A DNA stretch of 64,000 bases from positions 1,607 to 65,606 of the forward strand of contig CAMZEU010000001.1 in the NCBI GenBank assembly GCA_947305865.1, in the 5' to 3' direction. The position numbers were made by a program, and so were the translations under genes. Shown here in pieces: positions 30,659 to 40,800 of the stretch. This DNA is from an uncultured Clostridia bacterium (lineage in GTDB: Bacteria > Bacillota > Clostridia > Christensenellales > CAG-917). The notes under the pieces were generated by a model. That model was not told where the DNA came from and searched no databases. It saw nothing but the letters and a program-made list of their open reading frames with translations. Every line of letters begins with the position of its first letter. Positions within the stretch are counted from its first letter, which is position 1.

Positions 30659-31552
30659 ATGGCAACAAAAGGTGGATTAGGAAATAGAGGTTTAAGTGCT
30701 CTTTTCGACGACAACGAAACAAACGTTGAGGTTATTGTTCCAAATACTCAAACAAACGAAGTTGATATTACTTTAATAGACAGGAACCCAAACCAACCAA
30801 GACAAATATTTGATGAAGATTCATTAAATGAAATGGCTGAGTCTATTAAAACATATGGTGTTTTACAACCATTGTTATTGGCTCCAAAGCTTGATGGAAG
30901 ATATTTAATCGTAGCTGGTGAAAGAAGATTCCGTGCTTCTTCTAGAGCAGGTTTAAAGACTGTTCCAGCAATTATAAAAGACTTTGATGATGAACAAATC
31001 CAAGAAATATCACTTATTGAAAACCTACATAGAGAAGACCTTAATGCTATTGAAGCTGCTTTTGGTATGAGAGAATTGATGAAATCTCATGGCCTTAAGC
31101 AAGAAGATATTGCTGTAAAATTAGGTAAATCTCGTCCATATGTCACAAATACACTCCGTCTATTACAACTCCCAGATGAGATTATAGAGCTTGTAAAGAC
31201 TAATCAATTATCTCCTGGACATGCAAGAACAATCATTCCTATAGATGATCCAGAATATCAATTAGTTCTAGCAAAACAAATTATATCTGAAAAACTCTCT
31301 GTAAGAGATGTTGAAGAAAGAGTTAAGTTATACTTCACAAGAAAAGCTAATAAAGGTGGTCCAAGAGACAAAAAGGAGTTAAGCATTGAGCTCAAGAATA
31401 TGGTTGCAGAAATGAAGAGCCTTTTTGCTACTAAGGTTAAAATCACTGGAAACGAACAAAAAGGAAGAATTGCTATAGATTATTACACACCAGATGATCT
31501 TGAAAGAATCTATGCTTTAATTCAAATCCTTAAATACGAAAGAAAATTATAA
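30659..31552 (+). CDS. parB: ParB/Spo0J-family partition protein (no adjacent parA)
   Basis: Start at MATKGGLGNRGLSALF with an AGGAG RBS (28 codons inside the track ORF). GERRFRA arginine patch and an HTH region. Confidence 0.9.
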   Translation: MATKGGLGNRGLSALFDDNETNVEVIVPNTQTNEVDITLIDRNPNQPRQIFDEDSLNEMAESIKTYGVLQPLLLAPKLDGRYLIVAGERRFRASSRAGLKTVPAIIKDFDDEQIQEISLIENLHREDLNAIEAAFGMRELMKSHGLKQEDIAVKLGKSRPYVTNTLRLLQLPDEIIELVKTNQLSPGHARTIIPIDDPEYQLVLAKQIISEKLSVRDVEERVKLYFTRKANKGGPRDKKELSIELKNMVAEMKSLFATKVKITGNEQKGRIAIDYYTPDDLERIYALIQILKYERKL

Positions 31553-31572
31553 TACTTAACTTTATATAAAGT

Positions 31573-31602
31573 TAGTGCCCTTTGATAGGGCACTATTTTT
31601 TT
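31573..31602 (+). terminator. intrinsic terminator after parB (convergent with the dnaA 3' end)
   Basis: Stem TAGTGCCC (31573-31580) pairs with GGGCACTA (31588-31595), followed by a T7 run. Confidence 0.75.
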
Positions 31603-32968
31603 ATCTCTTTAAGAGCATATTCTTTATATCTGCTACCACGATCTTTATCTTGGTGTTTGTTCTGATATCGTCAGATATCTTATCCCTTGCATGCATGATA
31701 GTGGTATGATCTCTGTTTCCAAACATACTTCCAATTGCAGCTAGAGGCATAGATAACAATTCATTTATTAAATAAATGGCTATCATTCTTGGTTCAACAA
31801 TTTGTTTTAATCTCTTTGGTCCAAATAAGTCTTGAACAGAAACCTTATAGTATTGTGCAACTGTATTTACAATATCTGTTGCATCTATAACTTCTTTCTT
31901 ATCATTAAGAGAATCTTGTAAAGCCTCTTGTGCCAATGTTTGTGTATCGATTGTATGATTTGTTAGTGAAGAGAAGAATATTATCTTATTTAATAAGCCT
32001 TCCATTTCACGAACGTTAGTTGTTGAATTTTCTGCAATAAAGAATGCAACTTCATCAGATAAATTGAACTCTTGTTGGGCAGCTTTACTACGTAAAATTG
32101 CAACTCTTGTCTCTAAATCTGGAATTTGAATATCTACTGTTAAACCACTTGCAAAACGAGTCTTTAATCTTTCTTCAAGTGTTGGAATATCTTTTGGTGC
32201 TTTATCTGATGTCAAAATAATTTGTTTATTTTGTTGATATAAATCATTGAAGATAAAGAAGAATGCTTCTTGTGTGGCTGTTTTTCCACTTAAGAACTGA
32301 ATATCATCAACCATTAATACATCGCAGTTACGATATTTCTCTCTAAATGCATTGCTTTCTTGGTTAGATGGTTTATTTGTCATGTTGGAAATAATATCGT
32401 TAATCATTGTTTCTGAATTTACGTATAAAATACGTAATTTAGAAGATTTAACCATATAATTACCAATTGCATGTAACAAGTGAGTCTTTCCTAATCCAAC
32501 TCCAGAATAGATAAATAATGGATTGTAAGCACCACCAGGATTTGCAGCAACAGATTTTGCAGCAGCAAATGCATAAGCATTTGATTTTCCTTGTACAAAT
32601 GTATCAAATGTATATTTTTCTAAGAATGGATTTGCTACAGGACCTGCTGGTGTAGGGTCTTTAACGATAAAACCAGCACCATCTAAAACACTATCTTGTA
32701 ATTTGATGTAATCATCTTTTTGATCATCTGTAATAAAGACTACACCTTCTAATTGTGGATTAACCGCTGTTAACACCTCTGAAATAACATCCGAATATCT
32801 AGTCTCTACTGTTTTCTTTGCAGTCTTTGTTGGAGAACAAAGAACTAGCTTGTTTTGATATACGCAAACTGGTTCGAGTTTTTGAACCCAAACCTCAAAA
32901 CTTACTACCTGCATTAACTTGGATAATTCATCCAAAGTGTTGTTCCATATTTCATCAATGTTTATCAT
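31601..32968 (-). CDS. dnaA: chromosomal replication initiator DnaA
   Basis: 455 aa. AAA+ Walker A GVGLGKTHLL, Walker B LMVDDIQF, domain IV DHTTIMHA. Confidence 0.96.
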   Translation of the reverse strand: MINIDEIWNNTLDELSKLMQVVSFEVWVQKLEPVCVYQNKLVLCSPTKTAKKTVETRYSDVISEVLTAVNPQLEGVVFITDDQKDDYIKLQDSVLDGAGFIVKDPTPAGPVANPFLEKYTFDTFVQGKSNAYAFAAAKSVAANPGGAYNPLFIYSGVGLGKTHLLHAIGNYMVKSSKLRILYVNSETMINDIISNMTNKPSNQESNAFREKYRNCDVLMVDDIQFLSGKTATQEAFFFIFNDLYQQNKQIILTSDKAPKDIPTLEERLKTRFASGLTVDIQIPDLETRVAILRSKAAQQEFNLSDEVAFFIAENSTTNVREMEGLLNKIIFFSSLTNHTIDTQTLAQEALQDSLNDKKEVIDATDIVNTVAQYYKVSVQDLFGPKRLKQIVEPRMIAIYLINELLSMPLAAIGSMFGNRDHTTIMHARDKISDDIRTNTKIKIVVADIKNMLLKR

Positions 32969-33063
32969 GGTTTTTATTATAATAAAAGTATTTGAAAATA
33001 ATCAAGTAATAATGTAAATTGTTAATAGGAAATTATTTTTTACAAAAAATGGAGTAATTGGGC

Positions 33064-33912
33064 ATGAATAAGATAGAAAGACAATATATTGGTGAAGAAA
33101 TGAGCTTACAAAAGGCTGCAACTCAATTATTCCCAGAAATTTCATATAATTCTTTAATGAAATGTTTTAGAAACAAAGATGTAAAAATTAATAAAAAAAC
33201 ATCTTCTCCAAAAGCTATTGTTAAAAACAATGATGTCATTACTATATTTGTTCCAGATGAACAATTACGAGAAGTTGATATTATTTACCAAGATAAAAAT
33301 ATAGTTGTTGTAAATAAACAACAAGGATTAGCCAGTGTAGGAGAAGGATCTTTGGAAACTCTTTTAAGTGAGAAGCTTAAAACAACAATATATCCTGTAC
33401 ACCGTTTAGATACTAATACATCTGGATTAATCATATATGCTTTAAATCAAGAAGCACAAGACTGTTTGGTTAAGTATATTAAGGATAGAAAAATACAGAA
33501 AGATTATCTTGTAAAAGTATTTGGTAAACCTGAAAAAGACCATGCTATTTTATCAGACTATATAACCAAAGATGCAGATAAAGGTATAGTAAAAATAAGC
33601 CATACAAAAACAGCAAATTCTCAATCTTGTATTACTGAATATTCTTTGGTTTCAACAGACGAAAATACATCTATTTTAAGAGTAACTTTACATACTGGAA
33701 GAACTCACCAAATTAGAGCACATCTAGCATATTATAAGATGTATGTTGTTGGAGACGAAAAGTACGGAAACTATACTTTAAATAAACAATTTGATATGTT
33801 TAAACAGTGCTTAGTGTCATATTACATAAAAATTAACATCCCTCAAGATGATAAGATTTTAGGTTATTTATCTGGTGTAGAATTTTATAATTTAGATAAC
33901 CCTTTGGTATAA
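33064..33912 (+). CDS. RluA-family pseudouridine synthase
   Basis: ATG at 33064 lies 9 nt after GGAG. HRLDTNTSGLI catalytic Asp motif; GRTHQIRAHL. Confidence 0.85.
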   Translation: MNKIERQYIGEEMSLQKAATQLFPEISYNSLMKCFRNKDVKINKKTSSPKAIVKNNDVITIFVPDEQLREVDIIYQDKNIVVVNKQQGLASVGEGSLETLLSEKLKTTIYPVHRLDTNTSGLIIYALNQEAQDCLVKYIKDRKIQKDYLVKVFGKPEKDHAILSDYITKDADKGIVKISHTKTANSQSCITEYSLVSTDENTSILRVTLHTGRTHQIRAHLAYYKMYVVGDEKYGNYTLNKQFDMFKQCLVSYYIKINIPQDDKILGYLSGVEFYNLDNPLV

Positions 33913-33994
33913 ATGTACCGTTTTTTGACCATCATTTGAAAAACTTATAATTTCTGTTGTTTTATATATGTTTTTCATATATAATTTTAATATT

Positions 33995-35071
33995 ATGATA
34001 GTTGAATACATTTATCTTAAAAACTTTAGAAATTACACGGAGCAAACAGTAACTTTGGCTCCTGGTTTAAATGTATTGGTTGGAGGAAATGCAGAAGGTA
34101 AAACTAACATGTTGGAGAGTATTTATTTCTGTTCAACATTCTCTTCTCCACGTGCAACAAAAGATAAAGAGATGATAAGATTCAACCAAGATTATGCTGT
34201 GGTAAAATTATTCATTAAGAAGAAATATCATACATCATCCATTAAAATCAAAATTACCTCAAATAATAAAAAATATGTTTTAGTAAATGATCTTGAAATA
34301 AAAAGAGCTTCTGAATTATTAGGTGAATTGGGTGTTGTTTTCTTTTCTCCTAAAGAATTAAAACTAATACAAGAATCTCCAGATGAAAGAAGAAGATTTT
34401 TAAATATTTCAATTTCTCAACAAGATAAAACTTATTTTACTGCATTAGGAGAATATACTAAGGTATTACAAGATAAAAATGCTTTACTTAAAAAGAAGCT
34501 TGAAACAGAACATGTAGATACTATGTTAGATGTTTATGATGCTCAACTTGCAGAAAAAGGAGCATTTATCATAGATAAAAGAACAAAATTTCTTGAAATA
34601 TTGAGTGATTATTCTCATAGAGCTAATAATAAATTGAGTGATAACAAAGAAACATTATCTTTAGAATATGACAGTGATGTATCTTTAAATGGGAATGTTA
34701 AAGAAAATTTATATAATTCTTTAATTGCAGCAAGAGAAAAAGATAAACAAAATGGATTTACATCTGTTGGACCTCATAGAGATGATATAAAAATAGTATT
34801 AAATGGAAATGATGCTAGAAAATTTTCATCACAAGGACAACAAAGATCTATAACTTTAGCTATGAAATTAGCTGCTTTATATATTTATAAAAAAGAAACA
34901 GGTGAATATCCAGTTTTACTTTTAGATGATGTTTTAAGTGAATTAGATACTAATAGACAACATAAATTATTAGAAATGCTTAAAGATATTCAGATTATCT
35001 TAACATGTACAGATTATAATCTAAATGTTAAAGGTAATATTATAAATATTAAAAATGGAAAAGTAGTATGA
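33995..35071 (+). CDS. recF: DNA replication and repair protein RecF
   Basis: LKNFRNY N-terminus, GGNAEGKTNMLE Walker A, SSQGQQRS signature, LLLDDV Walker B. Start taken at MIVEYIYL; 33968 is an alternative. Confidence 0.9.
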   Translation: MIVEYIYLKNFRNYTEQTVTLAPGLNVLVGGNAEGKTNMLESIYFCSTFSSPRATKDKEMIRFNQDYAVVKLFIKKKYHTSSIKIKITSNNKKYVLVNDLEIKRASELLGELGVVFFSPKELKLIQESPDERRRFLNISISQQDKTYFTALGEYTKVLQDKNALLKKKLETEHVDTMLDVYDAQLAEKGAFIIDKRTKFLEILSDYSHRANNKLSDNKETLSLEYDSDVSLNGNVKENLYNSLIAAREKDKQNGFTSVGPHRDDIKIVLNGNDARKFSSQGQQRSITLAMKLAALYIYKKETGEYPVLLLDDVLSELDTNRQHKLLEMLKDIQIILTCTDYNLNVKGNIINIKNGKVV

Positions 35072-35637
35072 GAGCAAGACATATTGAACGTAAATCTATT
35101 ATGAATAAAACTAAAGATTTAGTTTACATAGCAATATGTACTTCTTTAATTTGTATTTGTTCTTGGATTACTATTCCAAGTGCTATTCCTTTTACACTTC
35201 AAACTTTTGCAATATTTGCAACATTAGGTTTATTAGGTGGTAAAAGAGGAATGCTTGCAATTCTAATATATATTATATTAGGAATAATAGGATTACCGGT
35301 TTTTTCTTCTTTTAATTCTGGAATAGGAGTTATACTTGGACCAACTGGAGGATATATTATTGGATTCTTATTCTCGTCATTTTTATATTTCTTATTAGAA
35401 AAATTTATTAAAAATGAAAATTTAAAACTTATTTTAGGTTTTATTTTGAGTCTAATTTTATGTTATTTAATTGGAACAATATGGTTTTATTATGTTTATG
35501 GAAACAATATTGAATACATGTCATTTTATAATGTAATGATGATTTGTGTTATTCCATTTATTATTCCAGATCTATTAAAAATATTACTTGCATTTGTAGT
35601 AGTAAAAAATGTAAAAAGAAGAATAAATTTAGACTAA
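35068..35637 (+). CDS. bioY: biotin transporter BioY
   Basis: Six-TM ECF S-component pattern (PFTLQTFAIF, GPTGGYIIGF). ATGA overlap with the recF stop; alternative start at 35101. Confidence 0.8.
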   Translation: MRARHIERKSIMNKTKDLVYIAICTSLICICSWITIPSAIPFTLQTFAIFATLGLLGGKRGMLAILIYIILGIIGLPVFSSFNSGIGVILGPTGGYIIGFLFSSFLYFLLEKFIKNENLKLILGFILSLILCYLIGTIWFYYVYGNNIEYMSFYNVMMICVIPFIIPDLLKILLAFVVVKNVKRRINLD

Positions 35638-35647
35638 AATATACAAT

Positions 35648-35696
35648 TGTGGAAAGAGTTGATGAATTGTGAATTATTTGTTAAATTTTATCCACA
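35648..35696. promoter_or_regulatory. DnaA-box cluster upstream of dnaN
   Basis: Perfect TTATCCACA at 35688-35696. Imperfect TGTGGAAAG (35648-35656) and TGTGAATTA (about 35668-35676). An AT-rich stretch follows at about 35790-35835. Confidence 0.5.
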
Positions 35697-35847
35697 TAAA
35701 ATAAAAATAGAAAACACTACATTTAGTTGAACAAACAAAAATAAAATATGATATATTGTGTTTTAGAAAAGTTTTCTACTTGTCAACATACATTATATTA
35801 TGTTATTATTATTTAAAAATAAAATTAAAAAATATAAGGCGTGAAAG

Positions 35848-36951
35848 ATGAAAGTTATTTGTAATGGAAATGAATTAAGCGAAGCTTTATCAAAAGTAAT
35901 TAAAGCATTACCAGTTAAAAGAATTAACCCAATTTTAGATGGTGTTAAATTAAAAGCAAAAGGCGATGTATTATCCTTATATGCTTCAGATTTGGAATTA
36001 TCTATTGAAAAGACAATTAATGCAGAAGTATTACTCGAAGGTGAAATAGTAGTTCCTGGAAAAACATTTGAAGAATATGTAAGACAAATTAAAGATGAAG
36101 ATAAGATCACATTAGACGCAACAGAAAAATTAAATTTAAATGTTTCTTATTTAGATAGTTATGTAAAATTTAAGTGCTTCAGTGCTAATGAATATCCAGT
36201 ATATAAAGAAGTATCACAAGACGAAAGTTTTGTAATATACAAAAAAGATTTCAAAACATTAGTAGAAAAAATCGTATATTGTGTTGCAACAGATGATTCA
36301 AGACCAGCTCTTAAAGCATGTTGTTTAAATATTAAAGAAAACGAAGTAGAAGGTGTTGCAAGTGATGGTTTCAGATTAGCATTTGTTAGAAAGACAATTC
36401 AAAATAATGGACAAGAAAAACAAATATTAGTTCCATCTAAGAGTTTAAGTGAAATTGGAAAATTGGTTGATGATGGAGATGAAACAATGACAGTTTATGT
36501 AGAATCCAACTACATGATGATTGATTTATTCCATACAAAAGTTATTACAAGATTAGTAAATGAATCTTATATTAACTATGACAAAATTATTCCAACAGAT
36601 TTCACAACTGAAGTAACAATAGATAAGAATTTATTACAAAAAGCAATTAACCGTGTTAATGTAATTAACAAAACAGAAAAACGTGGTGTTGTTAAGATTG
36701 AAATTAAAGAAGATGTTGCATATTTCACAACAAATACAACAGATGGTGATGTAAACGAAAAAATTTCTATTGGATTAAAAGGAAAAGATTTATTAATTGG
36801 ATTTAATCCAAAATATATCTCTGAATGTTTAAATGCAACAGATGATTCATTTGTAACAATGTTCTTTAAGACATCAACTTCTCCTGCAATTATTAAAGGT
36901 GAAGATGATAGCTGGCAATATCTTATTTTACCATTAAGAATTTCAGCATAA
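35848..36951 (+). CDS. dnaN: DNA polymerase III beta sliding clamp
   Basis: 367 aa with three-domain clamp architecture; typical N-terminus MKVICNGNELSEAL and C-terminus LILPLRI. Confidence 0.93.
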   Translation: MKVICNGNELSEALSKVIKALPVKRINPILDGVKLKAKGDVLSLYASDLELSIEKTINAEVLLEGEIVVPGKTFEEYVRQIKDEDKITLDATEKLNLNVSYLDSYVKFKCFSANEYPVYKEVSQDESFVIYKKDFKTLVEKIVYCVATDDSRPALKACCLNIKENEVEGVASDGFRLAFVRKTIQNNGQEKQILVPSKSLSEIGKLVDDGDETMTVYVESNYMMIDLFHTKVITRLVNESYINYDKIIPTDFTTEVTIDKNLLQKAINRVNVINKTEKRGVVKIEIKEDVAYFTTNTTDGDVNEKISIGLKGKDLLIGFNPKYISECLNATDDSFVTMFFKTSTSPAIIKGEDDSWQYLILPLRISA

Positions 36952-36971
36952 GATTAAATTAGTATGATAAG

Positions 36972-37002
36972 GGCAGGATCTTTAAAAGGTCTTGCCTTTT
37001 TT
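36972..37002 (+). terminator. intrinsic terminator after dnaN
   Basis: 9-bp stem GGCAGGATC / GGTCTTGCC (two G-U pairs), loop TTTAAAA, then a T6 run. Confidence 0.6.
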
Positions 37003-37008
37003 ATTATT

Positions 37009-37790
37009 ATGGGAAAGATAGTAACATTAAAAGTTGAAGAAAAAACATTATTAACAGAAAATGGATGCATTCCATATACTGTTTATTATAAAAATGTTAG
37101 AAATCTTTCATGTAAATTTGATTTAAAAGGAAGCAAGTTAAAAGTATCTATGATTATACAGATTATAAAATTGAATCCTTTTTATATAAAAATATAAAAC
37201 TTATAACAAAATGGATTGAAAAAGCTAGTCAAAATGACATAAAAATTAGCAGAGAATTTTTAGATGGAGAACAGTATTTATTATTAGGAAATTATTACAC
37301 TTTAAAAATAAATAAAGTTAATAATAAAAAGGAAGAAGGAATTAAGATAATAAATAATGAAATTATACTTAATACTTGTGATTTAACTAACAAAGATTAC
37401 AAGAGAAAAATAATAGAAAAATACTATAAAAATTTGGCCAATAGAATTATTTCTGAAGAGTTCCAAATTATTAAAAATAAATATGGTGAAAAGATTCCAA
37501 ATTCATATGGTTATTCTTTAAGAATAAGAAGAATGAAAACATTATGGGGAACAAATAGTTTAAGAACAAAGAAAATCACAATTAATTTCAACTTAATTTT
37601 TGCTCCAATTGAAGACATTGAATACGTAATTATCCATGAGTTTTGTCATTGTGCAGTTAGAAACCATAGCAAGGTTTTCTATTCATATCAACAGATGTTT
37701 TGTCCAGAGTATAAAGCTCGAAAGGCAGATTTAAACAAAAATATCCATCCATTTGTAGTAAAAATAGAGGCAATAAACTCAGCAATATAA
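37009..37790 (+). pseudogene. YgjP/DUF45 (M48-like, HExxH) metal-dependent hydrolase, interrupted by a 1-nt frameshift
   Basis: Frame 1 (MGKIVTLKVEE...GSKLKVS) stops at 37195. Frame 3 is open from 37122 and continues YDYTDYKIESFLYKNIKLITKWIEKA...HEFCHC to 37790. The two track ORFs (36964..37197 and 37434..37790) are pieces of one gene. Confidence 0.6.
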
Positions 37791-37858
37791 AAATGATTGT
37801 ATATTTTTATATTTTTTTGTGGTAAAATATTAGACACAAAATAAAATAGGGATAGTAG

Positions 37859-40800
37859 ATGAAGGGGAAAACTAAATTTTTAATATTAATGCTTGTATTG
37901 TTGATTGTTGCATCAGCAATGATTATGGTTTCTTGTAATAAATCAAAAGGAAATACAGGAACCACCAGTTCAGATACCCCAAGCGACATTGTTGTACCTG
38001 GTACAGACGTCAATTTCACAGTCTACTTTTATTATTTACCAACAGATACAGAGCCATATGCACAAATAACCGTTAAGAGTGGAAGCAAAATTAAAGTTGC
38101 AGATATTCCAACAAATTTAACAAGAGATGGATATCAATTTGGTGGTTGGTATAAGAATACTTCCTATAGTGATGAATTTAATACAAATGCTGTTATCAAT
38201 AAAGACATAAAGCTTTATGCTTTATGGATTGCACCATTTACCATTTCATTCTATGAAGATTTATATGATGGTGTTGTAAATAAAACAATAAAACGTTTCT
38301 CTAATGAAACAGTTAGCCAAGATGAAATTTATACTCCTACAAAGACTGGATACGAATTTGCTGGATGGTATTTAGACACAGATTATAGTCAAGCATATGA
38401 ATTCAGTGATCATTTGCAACGCAGCATTTCATTATATGCAAAGTGGAATTCAACTTATGCTAAACTTCAATTCATAACTAATACTAAATTAAAACAAATC
38501 AATACTATAAGTATTGAAAAAGATAAACCATATACTTTACCAGACCCAACAGTGCCAACAGTTTCATCTGAGAATATGACATTTGTTTGTTGGTGTACGG
38601 ATAAAGCATTAACACAAGAATTAACTGGTGGAACGATTACCATTCTTGAAAATACAACAGTATATGCAAAATGGAATTTCCATAATCATCAACATGATTA
38701 TAATGAACAAGACATAGAGGAAGTTAAACCAGCAACATGTACTGAAGATGGATATAAGGCACGTTGTTGTAAAGAATGTGGGTATTATGAAAACGAAATA
38801 ACTATAACAGCTCTAGGACATAATATTTATGAAAGAGAATGGTTAAACGGTGGGACATTCCATTACCATAGATGCTTAAAATGTGGAGAAGAGTTTGATA
38901 AAGCATCTCATACATATAATGATGGTGAAGTAACAACAAAAGCAACATGTACAGCAGATGGAGAAAAAACATATACATGTACTTTATGTAATGCAACAAA
39001 AACTGAAACAATCGCAGCATTAGGACATGACATAAATGAAGATGAATGGGTAAGCGATGGAGAACACCATTGGCATGCTTGTACCCACGAAGGTTGCGAA
39101 GAACACTTTGATGAACACGAACACGACAGAGTAAGAGACATGACAAAAGACCATGAATCTACAGGCTGTTCAGATCCAGAAGTAGAAGGATATAAGTGTT
39201 CTGTTTGTGGAGCAGACTTATCTAATAAATCTGAACCAATACCACATACATATAACGTAGATGTTTGGGAAAAAGATGAAAATCAACATTGGCATATATG
39301 TAGTGTCTGTAACAATAAAGTAGAATTAGCAGACCATGATTACAACATAGTTGTAACAAAAGCTGCAACTTGTACCGAAACTGGGATAAGAAAATACACA
39401 TGTAAGAAATGTGGTTATATAAAAGAAGAAAAGATACCTAAGACAGCACACGTATTAAAATGGGCTGATGAGAGCGTAACATTCTTAACAGATGAGCAGA
39501 AAGCATTGTTGCCTACATATCACTATAGATATTGTGCAACGTGTCATAGAGTATTCGAAGAATCTAAAGAAGAACACACAATAGACTGGACAGATAAAAA
39601 GTCTCCATCAAACCCGAAAGGTACTGTAACTATTACAGCACAGTCAACATGTACATCACACGGAACGGCGAATGTAACTTGTAAGGTATGCGGACAAACG
39701 CACTTAGGTGTAGAAGTTCCATTAAAGGATCATACATGGGAATTAGATGGACACGTGGATTGTGGATGTACAACGCCAGGATATGACCACTATACGTGTT
39801 CAGTTTGTCACGGTGAGAAACAAGATACAATCCCAGCAGCACATAGATATGTGCTTGTAGACGAAATAGCAAATACATGTACAAAACCTGGTAGCAGAAT
39901 TTATGAATGTGCAACTTGTGGAGATAAAAAGACCGAAGTAATTCCTGCTGGACATACATATACTCATTATGAATATAATGAGACTCACCATTGGCACATC
40001 TGTGAATCATGTCACGACACAATAGATTATGAAGCACACGACTTTGAAATGGTAATGCAGAATACTCCTACAACATGTGGTGAAGACGTCTATGTAATGT
40101 ATAGATGTAAGACATGCTCATACTATTATACAGTAATCGAAACAGGCTTCGGACACGAATGGGATAATGGTAAGGTTATTTCAGATCCAACATGTACAGA
40201 ACCAGGATATAAAGAATATACCTGTATGAAGTGTGGCGAAATTAGAACTGAAACATTTGGTGAACCATTAGGACATGATTGGGATGCAGGTGTTATTACA
40301 AGATCTCCAACATGTACTGTTCCTGGAGAAAGAACATACACATGTAATAGATGTCATATAACAAGAACCGAGTCTATACCAACAATAGATCATGATTGGG
40401 GTGAAGGAGAAGTTACAACAGCTCCAACTTGTACAGCAACAGGTGTTAGAACATATACATGTTCAATGTGTCATGCTACTAGAACAGAAGTCATTCCAAT
40501 GGTACCACATACATATTCAGACGAACCTGAAATCCTTAAACATCCAACCTGTACAGAAGAAGGCGAGAGAGCATTCTATTGTACGGTATGTCATCAAGCA
40601 ATAAGAGAAGCAATACCAGCACTAGGACATGCATGGGATTCTGGCACACAAACAACAGATCCAACCTGTACAGAGACCGGTGTAATGACATTTGAATGTA
40701 CAAGATGTCATGAAACCAAGACAGAGCCTGTTCCAGCATTAGGACACGATTACCACGATGTGGTAACACCTCCAACTTGTACCGAAAAAGGATATACAAC

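Noticed and set aside
35793-36110. 105-aa minus-strand ORF across the dnaN start; also 37807..38019 across the start of the giant lipoprotein gene
   Set aside because: Both are antisense to well-supported genes and extend into AT-rich promoter DNA.
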